A stretch of DNA of 64,000 nucleotides from Thermoplasmata archaeon (GTDB lineage: Archaea > Thermoplasmatota > E2 > JACPAO01 > JAHFTW01). The stretch is taken from positions 1 through 64,000 of the forward strand of contig JAXDQS010000006.1 of assembly GCA_034667725.1 (NCBI GenBank). Direction: 5' to 3'. Under the pieces are notes generated by a model, which made no database searches, had not been told where the DNA came from, and saw nothing but the letters and a program-made list of their open reading frames with translations. The position numbers were made by a program, and so were the translations under genes. The first letter of the stretch is position 1; each line of letters starts with the position of its first letter. Positions 1 through 9,528 of this stretch are shown here, in pieces.

Positions 1-1
1 C

Positions 2-1825
2 TTCGGCACCCGCACCACGTTCCTGCCGCCGCAGCCGGCCGCCGCCCCCGGCGCCGCGCCGCAACTGCAGTTCCGCTGCCCGCGCCAAAACCTGCCCGCC
101 TCGCCGCCCGACCCGCAGAACCTGGGCGACAAGACGACCTACGGCTGCCCCTACCGCGTCTACGACGGCTCCGACGCCAAGGACGGCTTCCCGCTCGGCA
201 ACCCCCAGATCGCGGTCAACCCGAGCAACGCCGCCGAGGCCGCCTTCGTGTCGCTGCACGACCAGCCGGCCCCCAACGGCCCCACGCCGCGCGCCCGCCA
301 AGGCCTCACGCACACCACCTTCACGACGGCCGACCAGGGCTTCGGCTGGGAGGACCAGCCGACGCAGTACGGCGGCTCCGCCGACGGCGTGGCCTACCTC
401 GGCGAGTCGGCCAGCATCGCGATGGACCCCTCCGGCAACATGTACATCGCGTACCTCTGGGTGCTGCCCAACGGCAACGAGACGACCGGCTACGGCGGCG
501 CCATCGGCCTCTTCAAGGCGGGCACGCCGCACGACCGCGGCTCGGTCTCCGCCAGCTACAGCAACCAGCGCACCATCCCCAGCCGCACCAGCCACAACAT
601 CATCCCGCGCGTGGACGTCGTCTACGTCCCGCCCTACGTCCCCCCGGTCGCCAACGTCACCGCCGAGAACGGCACCCTCGTCCCCGCTACCGACGCCGAG
701 GCCGGCCAGGAGGCAGTCGTCGTCAACCACACCCGCGAGCGCGTCGTGGCGATGTGGTTCGAGAAGGCGGCCGACTGGCGCAACAGCACCACCGGCATGC
801 CGGGCTGGATCGACGCCGCCGTCACCGACACCTCCAGCCGCAACAGCTGGCAGCGCCTGGGCAAGGAGCAGCTCATCGGGCCCTGCCGCGACGCCAGCAA
901 CCCCGTGGCGTGGAATGGCCTCGTCTACGTGGCGTGCCAGGTCGAGCGCGGCTACGACGCCCGCACCCGCGCCCGCATCGGCGACATCGACGTCTGGGCG
1001 CTCGACCCGATGACGCACAACACCACCCTCGTCTCCACCACCGGCCTGCGCGGCGGCCACCCCATGCTCGCCGCCACCGCCGACGGCTACATGGTCCTCC
1101 TCGCCGTGACGCACCGCCCCGACGAGACGCTCGACGTGAACAGCGCCTACGGCTGGTACGGCCGCGGCTGGGCGCCGCACGGCAACCTCGGCCCCGAGCT
1201 GCACCGCATGGGCGGCAGCATCCCGCTCCTCGACGCCTCCATCAACGCCGTCGCGGTGAGCGAGCGCGAGAAGACCGTCGCCGTCGTCTACATGGAGTGG
1301 GCGCAGAAGCAGGGCGCGCTGCCCGCGCAGCCGGCGCCGGCCCTGCCCGACCCGAGCAAGCCGACCGCGACGCCGACGCCCATCCTGACCGACTTCCGCA
1401 AGTACGTCGTGGCGTTCAACGAGTGCACGTTCCCGCTCGCCAGCAGCCAGATGCAGCTCGGCACGAGCGTGGACCCCAACAACCTCAACGCCTACATGCA
1501 GAAGGCCAGCATCTTCGACGACTTCCAGGACGGCCTCGTCGCCTACCGCGAGCCGACCGGCGAGGACCTGTTCTACTTCGCCGTCGACGACTACGGCGCG
1601 ATGCAGTACGGCGCCGTCGTGACGCAGGCCGTGGGCTCGTTCTGCCCGCTCACCGCGCCGCTGTTCTCCGCCTCCCCCGCCGCCATCCCGCAGGCCCTCA
1701 CCGTCGCCTCGCCGACCTCGATGGCCATCGGCGCCACCGCAGGCGTCGCGGCGGCCGCCATGGTGGCCTACATCCTGACCGTCAAGCGCCGCGTGGCGCA
1801 CTTCGCCGTCGCCGAGGACAAGTAG
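2..1825 (+). CDS. Secreted, C-terminally membrane-anchored protein (5' partial); paralog of 7571..9409
   Basis: Frame open from position 2. Shares blocks with 7571..9409 (CPxRxYD, GLTHxxFxxADxGxGW, GPCRDxSN, GDxDxWAxDP, GWYGR, LTDFxK, FDDxQDGL, DYGAxQ). Ends in IPQA, a TM helix and KRR. Confidence 0.8.
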   Translation, partial: FGTRTTFLPPQPAAAPGAAPQLQFRCPRQNLPASPPDPQNLGDKTTYGCPYRVYDGSDAKDGFPLGNPQIAVNPSNAAEAAFVSLHDQPAPNGPTPRARQGLTHTTFTTADQGFGWEDQPTQYGGSADGVAYLGESASIAMDPSGNMYIAYLWVLPNGNETTGYGGAIGLFKAGTPHDRGSVSASYSNQRTIPSRTSHNIIPRVDVVYVPPYVPPVANVTAENGTLVPATDAEAGQEAVVVNHTRERVVAMWFEKAADWRNSTTGMPGWIDAAVTDTSSRNSWQRLGKEQLIGPCRDASNPVAWNGLVYVACQVERGYDARTRARIGDIDVWALDPMTHNTTLVSTTGLRGGHPMLAATADGYMVLLAVTHRPDETLDVNSAYGWYGRGWAPHGNLGPELHRMGGSIPLLDASINAVAVSEREKTVAVVYMEWAQKQGALPAQPAPALPDPSKPTATPTPILTDFRKYVVAFNECTFPLASSQMQLGTSVDPNNLNAYMQKASIFDDFQDGLVAYREPTGEDLFYFAVDDYGAMQYGAVVTQAVGSFCPLTAPLFSASPAAIPQALTVASPTSMAIGATAGVAAAAMVAYILTVKRRVAHFAVAEDK

Positions 1826-3853
1826 ATGCCAAGCAAGACCAAGGGCGCCCCGCGCGCCGAGAAGGCCAAGCCGGCGGGCGCCCTGCACCACGCCGACCCG
1901 CACGCCTGGGTCGTCCAGGAAGGCATCGACGACACCGCGCGCGTGCCGCTGCCCGACCTCCTCATCGACGAGGTCATCGGGCAGGAGGAGGCCGTCGAGG
2001 TCGCCAAGAAGGCCGCCCGCCAGCGCCGCCACCTGCTGCTCCTGGGCGACCCCGGCACCGGCAAGTCGATGATCGCGAAGGCGATGGCCCAGATTCTGCC
2101 GCCGGTGGAGCAGAGCGACGTCCTGGTGCTGCCCAACCCGAAGGACCGCAACCAGCCCGCCGTCCAGGTGCTGCCCGGCGCCAAGGGGCGCGAGTTCGCC
2201 ACCCTGATGCAGCACAAGGCCCGCACCCGCGGCCGCGTCTACCTCGGCATCGAGGTCATGATCACCTGCGTCCTGCTGGGCGCCGGCTTCTACGCCTTCC
2301 TCACCATGGGCGGCATCAACAGCATCCTGGTGCTCATCATCTGCGCCATCGCCGCCATCCTGTTCTTGGGCATGAGCCGGCAGTTCGGCCAGAAGGCCGG
2401 CAAGCTGGTCCCCAACCTCTTGATCGAGCGCTCCGCCGGCAGCAGCCCCGCCCCTTACGTGGACGGCACCGGCGCGCACGCGGGCGCCCTCCTGGGCGAC
2501 ATCCGGCACGACCCGTTCCAGTCGGGCGGCCTGGAGACCCCGACCCACCTGCGGGTCGAGCCCGGCGCCATCCACCGCGCCCACAAGGGCCTGCTGTTCA
2601 TCGACGAGATCAACGTGCTGCGGCTGGACTCCCAGCAGGCCCTCTTGACCGCGATGCAGGACCGCAGGTACGCCATCACCGGCCAGTCCGAGCGCTCCAG
2701 CGGCGCCATGGCCAAGACCGACCCCGTCCCTTGCGACTTCATCCTGGTGGCGGCCGGCAACATGGACGTCATCGCGCCCACCGACAGCCGCTACACCGGG
2801 CTGCACCCGGCGCTGCGCTCGCGCATCCGCGGCTACGGCTACGAGGTCTACGTCCGCTCCGTCATGGACGACACCGACGACAACCGCCGCAAGCTGGTCC
2901 GGTTCGTCGCCCAGGAGGTCCGCCGCGACGGCCAGATTCCCCACTTCTCGGGGGCGGCGGTCGCCGAGGTCATTCGCGAGGCCCAGCGCCGCAGCGGCCA
3001 CACCGGCAAGCTGACCTTGCGCCTGCGTGAGCTGGGCGGCCTGGTGCGCACCGCCGGCGACATCGCCCGCGACGGCGGCGAGCCCGAAGCCACCATCGAC
3101 CACGTGCTTGCGGCCAAGCGCATGAGCATGAGCCTGGAGCACCAGGTCACGCTGCGCGGCATCGAGGTCGCCACCGCCCGCGAGGCCATGGTCGTCGGCG
3201 CGCCCAAGGTGGGCGCCGCCATCGGCTGCGCCTTCCTCGGCACCGGCGAGACCGGCGAGCCCGCCGGCATCGTCGTCCCCATCGAGTCCGACGCCACCCC
3301 GTCCAGCGACCGCAGCAAGGGCAGCCTGTTCCTCGGCGGCGGCCTGGAGAAGGACACGGGCGTGTCGGACACGCTGGGCTCGGTCCTCAAGCGCGTCAAG
3401 GGCGCGGAGCTGGCCGGCATCGACGTCCACGTCCAGGCACTGCTGCAGCAGGTCAACGCCGACGTCGGCGCCTTGGGCGCCGCGGCCGCCATCGCCAGCC
3501 TGAGCGCGCTGGAAGGCCTCGCGGTGCGCCAGGACACCGTCATCATCGGCGCCCTGTCGGTCAACGGCCGCCTGCGCGCCGTGGACGGCATCACGCAGAT
3601 GGTCGAGGGCGCCTCGGACCTGGGCTACGCCCGCGCCATCGTGCCCGCCGCCAACCGTGACGACATCCTGTTGGAGCACCGCTACCGCGACGCCATCGAG
3701 GTCGTGCTGGCCGAGGACATCGCGGCGGCCGCCGCGGCCGCCATGACCGCCTCGCCCGCCCGCCTCGCGCCCCTGCGGGAGGCGCTGCGGCGCAGGGTGG
3801 AGGCGGCCGCGCCGGCGGCAGCCCCGGCCAAGCGGGCCAAGAAGGCCGCCTGA
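1826..3853 (+). CDS. lonB: Archaeal LonB-type AAA+ protein with a degenerate protease active site
   Basis: Walker A GDPGTGKS, 2-TM insertion, DPFQSGGLETP, Walker B LLFIDEIN, PALRSRIRGYG. The GDSAS motif reads VGALG and the catalytic Lys position is Met. Confidence 0.9.
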   Translation: MPSKTKGAPRAEKAKPAGALHHADPHAWVVQEGIDDTARVPLPDLLIDEVIGQEEAVEVAKKAARQRRHLLLLGDPGTGKSMIAKAMAQILPPVEQSDVLVLPNPKDRNQPAVQVLPGAKGREFATLMQHKARTRGRVYLGIEVMITCVLLGAGFYAFLTMGGINSILVLIICAIAAILFLGMSRQFGQKAGKLVPNLLIERSAGSSPAPYVDGTGAHAGALLGDIRHDPFQSGGLETPTHLRVEPGAIHRAHKGLLFIDEINVLRLDSQQALLTAMQDRRYAITGQSERSSGAMAKTDPVPCDFILVAAGNMDVIAPTDSRYTGLHPALRSRIRGYGYEVYVRSVMDDTDDNRRKLVRFVAQEVRRDGQIPHFSGAAVAEVIREAQRRSGHTGKLTLRLRELGGLVRTAGDIARDGGEPEATIDHVLAAKRMSMSLEHQVTLRGIEVATAREAMVVGAPKVGAAIGCAFLGTGETGEPAGIVVPIESDATPSSDRSKGSLFLGGGLEKDTGVSDTLGSVLKRVKGAELAGIDVHVQALLQQVNADVGALGAAAAIASLSALEGLAVRQDTVIIGALSVNGRLRAVDGITQMVEGASDLGYARAIVPAANRDDILLEHRYRDAIEVVLAEDIAAAAAAAMTASPARLAPLREALRRRVEAAAPAAAPAKRAKKAA

Positions 3854-3919
3854 GGCCGGCTGGACCCTCTGCCGCCATCCGGCAACGTCAAGCATGGAGA
3901 GGGATTTTCTTTCCCTGGC

Positions 3920-4732
3920 ATGGTTGCAAAGGGCGTCGAGCTCGGGACCGAGGACCTTCGACGCCTCAACGAGGTCAAGTCGCGCTTCCTCAACATGGCG
4001 GCGCACGAGCTCAACACGCCCATCACGCCCATCCGGCTCCAGCTGCACCTGCTCCAGGCGGGGGCGCTGGGCCGGCTGGAGGCCGAGCAGGCGCGCGCCG
4101 TCGGCATCGTGGCCCGCAACGTGGACCGCCTCGCCGCCCTGGTGCAGGAGATCCTCGACGTGGCCCGGATGGAGGGCGGCGGCCTGCGCCTCAAGCTGGA
4201 GCCGGTGCCGCTCGACCAGCTCATCGGCGAGACCTGGGAGTCCTACGAGGAGCCGGCCCGCCGCGTCGGCATCCGGCTGCTGCGGCCCGCCTCCACCAAC
4301 GCGGTGGTGCACACCGACCGTCAGCGCATGCTGCAGATCCTCTACAACCTGATGAGCAACGCCATCAAGTTCACGCCCGCCGACGGCGAGATCCGGATGA
4401 CCGTCAACCGGCGCCGCGACACGGTCGAGATCTGCGTCATCGACTCGGGCATCGGCATGACCGCGCAGCAGATCGCCGGCCTCTACCGGCCGTTCACCCG
4501 CCTGCACGAGGACGACTCCACGGCCAGCGGCGGCAGCGGCCTCGGCCTCTACATCGCGCAAGGCCTCGCGCAGCAGCTGGGCGGCCATCTGGCCGCCTCC
4601 AGCCCCGGTCCCGGCAAGGGGGCGACGTTCTGCCTCACCATCCCGCTCGAGCCATCGGTCGCGGCGCACATCGCGCAGCCGCAGTCGGCGGAGGCGGAGG
4701 AGCTGGCCCGGAGGCTCCGGCAGCTGATCTGA
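3920..4732 (+). CDS. Histidine kinase (HisKA + HATPase_c) with no sensor domain
   Basis: H-box AAHELNTPIT, N-box NLMSNAIKFT, D/G boxes DSGIGM and GSGLGL. Confidence 0.92.
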   Translation: MVAKGVELGTEDLRRLNEVKSRFLNMAAHELNTPITPIRLQLHLLQAGALGRLEAEQARAVGIVARNVDRLAALVQEILDVARMEGGGLRLKLEPVPLDQLIGETWESYEEPARRVGIRLLRPASTNAVVHTDRQRMLQILYNLMSNAIKFTPADGEIRMTVNRRRDTVEICVIDSGIGMTAQQIAGLYRPFTRLHEDDSTASGGSGLGLYIAQGLAQQLGGHLAASSPGPGKGATFCLTIPLEPSVAAHIAQPQSAEAEELARRLRQLI

Positions 4733-5539
4733 ATGAACCTCGCCCTCGACACGGCGCTGCAGGTCGCCACCGCCGGCCTCTACCTGATGCTGGCCCTCGC
4801 GCTTGGCCGGCGCGCCACCGAGCCGTCGGTGCGCGGCGCCCTCAACATGTTCCGCGCCTGGTGGTTCCTGCTGGCCGCCGTCACCCTCACCGAGCCGCTC
4901 CAGGTGCTGCTCTACCTCGACGGCCTGCTGCCGATCTGGCTTTACTTGACGCTCGTGCAGGTGAACCTCCTGGCCATCTGCGGCGCCTTGGCCGCGCTGC
5001 TGTGCTACCTGGTGTACGCCTATCAGGGCTCGACCCGTTCCTGGTTCCTGGTCGCGGCCGGCTACGGCGCCTTCGCCGCCTTCCTGCTGGGCGTCGTGAA
5101 CCACGCCGGCACCCCGGCCAGGATCGCGTTCGGGCCGAACGGGCTGGACCGCGACCCCCCGATCGACCTCGCCGGCCCCGTCGGCATCCTCCTCATCGCG
5201 CTGCTCTTGGGCCCGCAGATCCTTGCCAGCATCGCCTACCTCCGGCTCTACCCGAAGGCCGACACGCCGACCCAGCGCTACCGCATCGTCCTCATCGGCG
5301 CCGCCATCTCGGCCTGGTTCACCGTCAGCTTCGTCGGCGCCGTGCTGCGGCAGACCGGCCCCGAGTGGCAGACCGCGACCCGCGTGCTCGGCCTGGCCGC
5401 CGCCGTGCTGGTGCTCTTGGCCTACTTCCCGCCGCCGTCGTTCCAGCGCCGGTTCCAGGTGCGCCCGCTCGGCCGTGAGGAGCCGCCCGCCGTCGCCAGC
5501 GCCCACCCCGCCGTCTCCCTCGCGCCCCAGGATTCTTGA
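4733..5539 (+). CDS. Integral membrane protein (~7 TM), possible stand-alone sensor
   Basis: About seven hydrophobic segments; starts immediately after the kinase stop. Confidence 0.7.
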   Translation: MNLALDTALQVATAGLYLMLALALGRRATEPSVRGALNMFRAWWFLLAAVTLTEPLQVLLYLDGLLPIWLYLTLVQVNLLAICGALAALLCYLVYAYQGSTRSWFLVAAGYGAFAAFLLGVVNHAGTPARIAFGPNGLDRDPPIDLAGPVGILLIALLLGPQILASIAYLRLYPKADTPTQRYRIVLIGAAISAWFTVSFVGAVLRQTGPEWQTATRVLGLAAAVLVLLAYFPPPSFQRRFQVRPLGREEPPAVASAHPAVSLAPQDS

Positions 5540-5565
5540 GGCCGCCCCCGCTGGCCCGGCCCGCC

Positions 5566-7050
5566 GTGCTCGAACGCGTCCTGGTGGCCAACCGCAGCGA
5601 GATCGCGGTGCGGGTCATCCGGGCCTGCCGCGAGCTCGGCATCGGCGCGGTCGCCGTCCACTCCGACGCCGACGCGGGCGCGCTGCACACCCAGCTTGCC
5701 GACGCCGCCGTGCGCCTCGGGCCCGCCCCCAGCCGCGAGTCCTACCTGGTGCAGGAGAAGGTCGTGCAGGCCGCCCTCGACACCGGCTGCGACGCCATCC
5801 ACCCGGGCTACGGCTTCCTGTCGGAGAACCCGGCGTTCGCGCGCGCCGTCGGCAAGGCGGGGCTCGTCTTCGTGGGGCCGAGCCCCGGGGCGATGGAGCA
5901 GATGGGCGACAAGACCCGCGCCCGCGCCAACGCGGCCGCCGCCGGCGTCCCGACGGCGCCGGGCTCCGAGACCCTGCGCGACGCGCAGCACGCGCGGGAG
6001 GAGGCGCGGCGCGTGGGCTACCCCGTCATGCTCAAGGCGGCGGCGGGCGGCGGCGGCATCGGCATGCGCATCGTGCGGCGCGAGGAGGACCTGGCGCAGG
6101 AGTTCGCCTCCGCCACGGCGCAGGCGGCGTCGGCGTTCGGCGTCCCCGACGTGTTCCTGGAGAAGTTCATCGCGCGGCCGCGCCACATCGAGATCCAGGT
6201 CCTGGGCGACCAGCACGGCCACGTCATCCACCTGGGCGAGCGCGAGTGCAGCGTCCAGCGCCGCCACCAGAAGCTCGCCGAGGAGGCCCCAAGCCCCGCC
6301 CTGACGCCCCAGCAGCGGACGGACATCGGCGCCAAGGCGGTGGCGCTCGCCAAGCGGGTCGGCTACGCCAACGCCGGCACGATGGAGTTCCTCTACGAGG
6401 ACGGCCGGTTCTTCTTCAACGAGATGAACACCCGGCTCCAGGTGGAGCACCCGGTCACCGAGCTCGTGACCGGCATCGACCTGGTGGCTTGGCAGCTGCG
6501 CATTGCCGGCGGCGAGCGGCTCACTCTCCGGCAGGAGGACATCCAGTGGCGCGGCCACGCCTTCGAGGCCCGCATCAACGCCGAGGACCCGGTGCGCGGC
6601 TTCGCGCCCTGCCCCGGCCCCGTGCGCGGCCTGCGGCTGCCCGGCGGGCCCGGCGTCCGCGTCGACTCCGGCCTGCGCGAAGGCTGGACCGTGCCGAGCG
6701 CCTACGACTCGATGGTGCTCAAGCTCCTGGTGCACGCCGGCACCCGCGAGGCCGCCTGCGACCGGATGCTGCGCGCGCTGGCCGAGCTCAAGATCGACGG
6801 CTTCGGCACCAACCAGGCGTTCCACCGCGCCCTGTTCGCGCATCCGGCGTTCCGCGCCGGCGACCTCTCCACCCGCTTCCTCGACGAGCACGACCTGGTG
6901 GCCGGGCTGCAACGCGACGCCCGCCACGACGCAGCGCTCGCCGCCGCCGCGCTCGCCTCGGCCCCCGGCGGCCTGGCGGCGCTCCACTTGCGGCAAGAGG
7001 CGCCGCGCAAGGTGGCCGCCGGCGGCGTGCGCGACTGGGAGGCCGCATGA
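5566..7050 (+). CDS. accC: Biotin carboxylase subunit of an acyl-CoA carboxylase
   Basis: VLVANRSEIA, HPGYGFLSEN, GGGGIGM, ERECSVQRRHQK, EMNTRLQVEHPVTE. GTG start inferred. Confidence 0.95.
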   Translation: MLERVLVANRSEIAVRVIRACRELGIGAVAVHSDADAGALHTQLADAAVRLGPAPSRESYLVQEKVVQAALDTGCDAIHPGYGFLSENPAFARAVGKAGLVFVGPSPGAMEQMGDKTRARANAAAAGVPTAPGSETLRDAQHAREEARRVGYPVMLKAAAGGGGIGMRIVRREEDLAQEFASATAQAASAFGVPDVFLEKFIARPRHIEIQVLGDQHGHVIHLGERECSVQRRHQKLAEEAPSPALTPQQRTDIGAKAVALAKRVGYANAGTMEFLYEDGRFFFNEMNTRLQVEHPVTELVTGIDLVAWQLRIAGGERLTLRQEDIQWRGHAFEARINAEDPVRGFAPCPGPVRGLRLPGGPGVRVDSGLREGWTVPSAYDSMVLKLLVHAGTREAACDRMLRALAELKIDGFGTNQAFHRALFAHPAFRAGDLSTRFLDEHDLVAGLQRDARHDAALAAAALASAPGGLAALHLRQEAPRKVAAGGVRDWEAA

Positions 7051-7502
7051 CGCGCGCCCGCGCCCGCCTCGAGCTGGACGGCCGCGGGTTCGACGTCGAG
7101 CTGGAGCGCACCGCGGACGGCTGGGCCGTCACCGTGGACGGCGAGCGGTTCGAGGTCGCCGCCGCGGCCGTGGCCGGCGCCCGGGTCGGGCCCGGCACGC
7201 TGGAGCTGGACGGCGTGGCGCACGCCTGGCGGCTGGCCGCGCTCCAGTCGGGCACGGTGGCGGCCGGCGGCAAGGCGGCGGGCCCCAGCAAGGTGCGTGC
7301 CCCGATGACCGGCCGGCTGGAGTCCGTCAAGGTCGCCCCCGGGCAGGCGGTCGCGAAGGGCGACGTGCTGTTCGTGCTGGAGGCGATGAAGATGCTCAAC
7401 GAGGTCCGCAGCGCCACCGCGGGGCGCGTGGTGGCCGTCCACGCCAAGGCGGGGGCGACCCTGGAGCCGTCGCAGGTCGTCCTTGACTTGGAGCCGACGT
7501 AG
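7047..7502 (+). CDS. accB: Biotin carboxyl carrier protein
   Basis: EAMKM biotinylation motif; ATGA overlap with the biotin carboxylase stop. Confidence 0.93.
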   Translation: MTRARARLELDGRGFDVELERTADGWAVTVDGERFEVAAAAVAGARVGPGTLELDGVAHAWRLAALQSGTVAAGGKAAGPSKVRAPMTGRLESVKVAPGQAVAKGDVLFVLEAMKMLNEVRSATAGRVVAVHAKAGATLEPSQVVLDLEPT

Positions 7503-7570
7503 CGCGCAGCGGCGGACGATTCGACAAGCCATGTGCAAAGGCTAAGAACGCGGGCGGGGGGTCGAGCCCT

Positions 7571-9409
7571 ATGAAGGCGTGGCTGGTCGCCGCCGTCCTG
7601 GTCGCCGTCCCGTGCGTGCAGGCGCTGGCGTTGCCGGGGCTCCCGTCCTTGCCGACGCCCGCGGCCTTGGCCGACGAACCGCCGGGCGACAAGCGCATCG
7701 AGTTCATCTGCCCCAGCCCGGCGGACGGCAGCGCGCAGTTCCGGACGCCCGAGATGAACGTCGTCTACACCTGCCCGATGCGGATCTACGACAACACCAT
7801 CGGCGGCAACTCGGGCTGGCTGTTCGGCAATATCGACCTCGCCGTCCACCCCACCGACCCGTCCCAGATGGCGTTCTTCACGCTGCACGGTTCGCCGACC
7901 GACGACGGCCCCAACCCCTACTCGCGCAGCGGCCTCACGCACAGCATCTTCAGCTCCGCCGACCACGGCATCGGCTGGACCGATTCCTGGACCACCGGCT
8001 CGGACTACCCGGGCAGCGAGTGGCTTGGCGAGATGGCCACCGGCGCGTTCGACGACCTGGGCAACGTTTACGTCGCGTTCCTCTGGAGCATGAGCACCGG
8101 GGTCGCGGGCGAGGCCGCCGACTCCCTGCTGGGCGCCTACAAGATGCCACCCGTGGACCAGGCGTCCGACTACATGGGGCAATACGGCGAGAACGTCATG
8201 GAGTTCCGGCCCAGTTTCCCGGGCGGCTTCATCACGCGCGCCGACATGGTGCACATCCCCGGCCCCGAGGCGGCCCCCGCTCCCGGCAACGGCACGGCCA
8301 CGCCTGGCCAACCCACCGACAACCGCACCATCGGCCCCGGCGACGTCGTCCTGGCGTGGCACCAGCGCGCCGCCAACAACACCAACACGCCCATGTCGGC
8401 GTGGATCGAGTTTGCCGCCACCCACACCGGCCCCGGCAACTCGGACAAGGACTGGCACCGCACCGCCCCCACCGACCTGGTCGGCCCCTGCCGCGACATG
8501 TCCAACGTCGTCGCCTACGCGGGCAAGGCCTACGTCGTCTGCGCCGCCGACCTGGGCTACGACGACCGCCGCGGCGCCGACGTCGGCGACCTCGACCTCT
8601 GGGCCTACGACCCCGCCACCGGCCGCGCCGAGTTCGTGAGCACCACCGGCATCAACGGCGACAACCCGCAGCTCGCCGCCACCCCGGACGGCTACTTCGC
8701 GGTCTTCGCCAGCCGCCTCGAAGACGCGCAGGACGTCGACGTCGTCGGCGCCATGGGGTGGTACGGCCGCACCTGGGACGCCTCCGCCCCCGGCCTCGGC
8801 GCCATCCTGCACCAGGCGATGGGCGGCCACCCGATGCGCTCCGCCCACGTCACCGGGGTCGCCGTCCTGGAGGAGTCCAAGACCGTCTTCGTCACCTACA
8901 AGGAATGGAACGAGATGCCCGAGGTGCCGGCAGTGGACCCCAACGACCCGACCGCGGTCCCGCGCCTCACCGACTTCCACAAGTTCGTGTTCACCACCAA
9001 CGCCTGCGGCGAATTGATCGCGGGCGCCGAGCTGGTCCTCGGCACCAGCCCCGACGTGTACCAGCAGGAGGGCGCCAACCAGAACCAAGGCGCCTTCGAC
9101 GACCGGCAGGACGGCCTCTGGGTCGTCCGGATGCCCGGCGGCGAGGAGCGCGTCCAGTTCGCGGCCAGCGACTACGGCGCCGCCCAGTTTGGCCAGATGC
9201 GCGGGGCCACGGGCGCCGCCGACGACGTGTGCGGCCTCCTGACGCCGCCGCCCCCGATCCCCGCCCCGGTCATCCCGCAGGCCGTCTCGCTGGCCAACCC
9301 GGCGCTGGCCCCGGTCGGGATCCTGGTGGGCACCGCGTCGGTGGCGGCGGTCGGCTACCTGATGGTGCTCAAGCGCAAGGCGGCGGTGGCGGCGTCGGTC
9401 AAGGCCTAG
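7571..9409 (+). CDS. Secreted, membrane-anchored protein; paralog of 2..1825
   Basis: Signal peptide MKAWLVAAVLVAV, shared blocks with the first ORF, C-terminal IPQA-TM-KRK. Confidence 0.82.
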   Translation: MKAWLVAAVLVAVPCVQALALPGLPSLPTPAALADEPPGDKRIEFICPSPADGSAQFRTPEMNVVYTCPMRIYDNTIGGNSGWLFGNIDLAVHPTDPSQMAFFTLHGSPTDDGPNPYSRSGLTHSIFSSADHGIGWTDSWTTGSDYPGSEWLGEMATGAFDDLGNVYVAFLWSMSTGVAGEAADSLLGAYKMPPVDQASDYMGQYGENVMEFRPSFPGGFITRADMVHIPGPEAAPAPGNGTATPGQPTDNRTIGPGDVVLAWHQRAANNTNTPMSAWIEFAATHTGPGNSDKDWHRTAPTDLVGPCRDMSNVVAYAGKAYVVCAADLGYDDRRGADVGDLDLWAYDPATGRAEFVSTTGINGDNPQLAATPDGYFAVFASRLEDAQDVDVVGAMGWYGRTWDASAPGLGAILHQAMGGHPMRSAHVTGVAVLEESKTVFVTYKEWNEMPEVPAVDPNDPTAVPRLTDFHKFVFTTNACGELIAGAELVLGTSPDVYQQEGANQNQGAFDDRQDGLWVVRMPGGEERVQFAASDYGAAQFGQMRGATGAADDVCGLLTPPPPIPAPVIPQAVSLANPALAPVGILVGTASVAAVGYLMVLKRKAAVAASVKA

Positions 9410-9417
9410 CGACCCTA

Positions 9418-9471
9418 CTGGACACAGATTCCACAGACCTTTCTCAGAGGTTCTGTGGAATCTGTGTCCAG
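9418..9471. repeat. Perfect 20-bp inverted repeat of repeat module A (REP-like hairpin)
   Basis: CTGGACACAGATTCCACAGA, 14-nt loop, TCTGTGGAATCTGTGTCCAG. Confidence 0.93.
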
Positions 9472-9528
9472 GGGGAAGCCGAGGGCGAGGTGGACGGCTT
9501 CTTGAACGCCCCGCCCCTTTTCGCCCGC

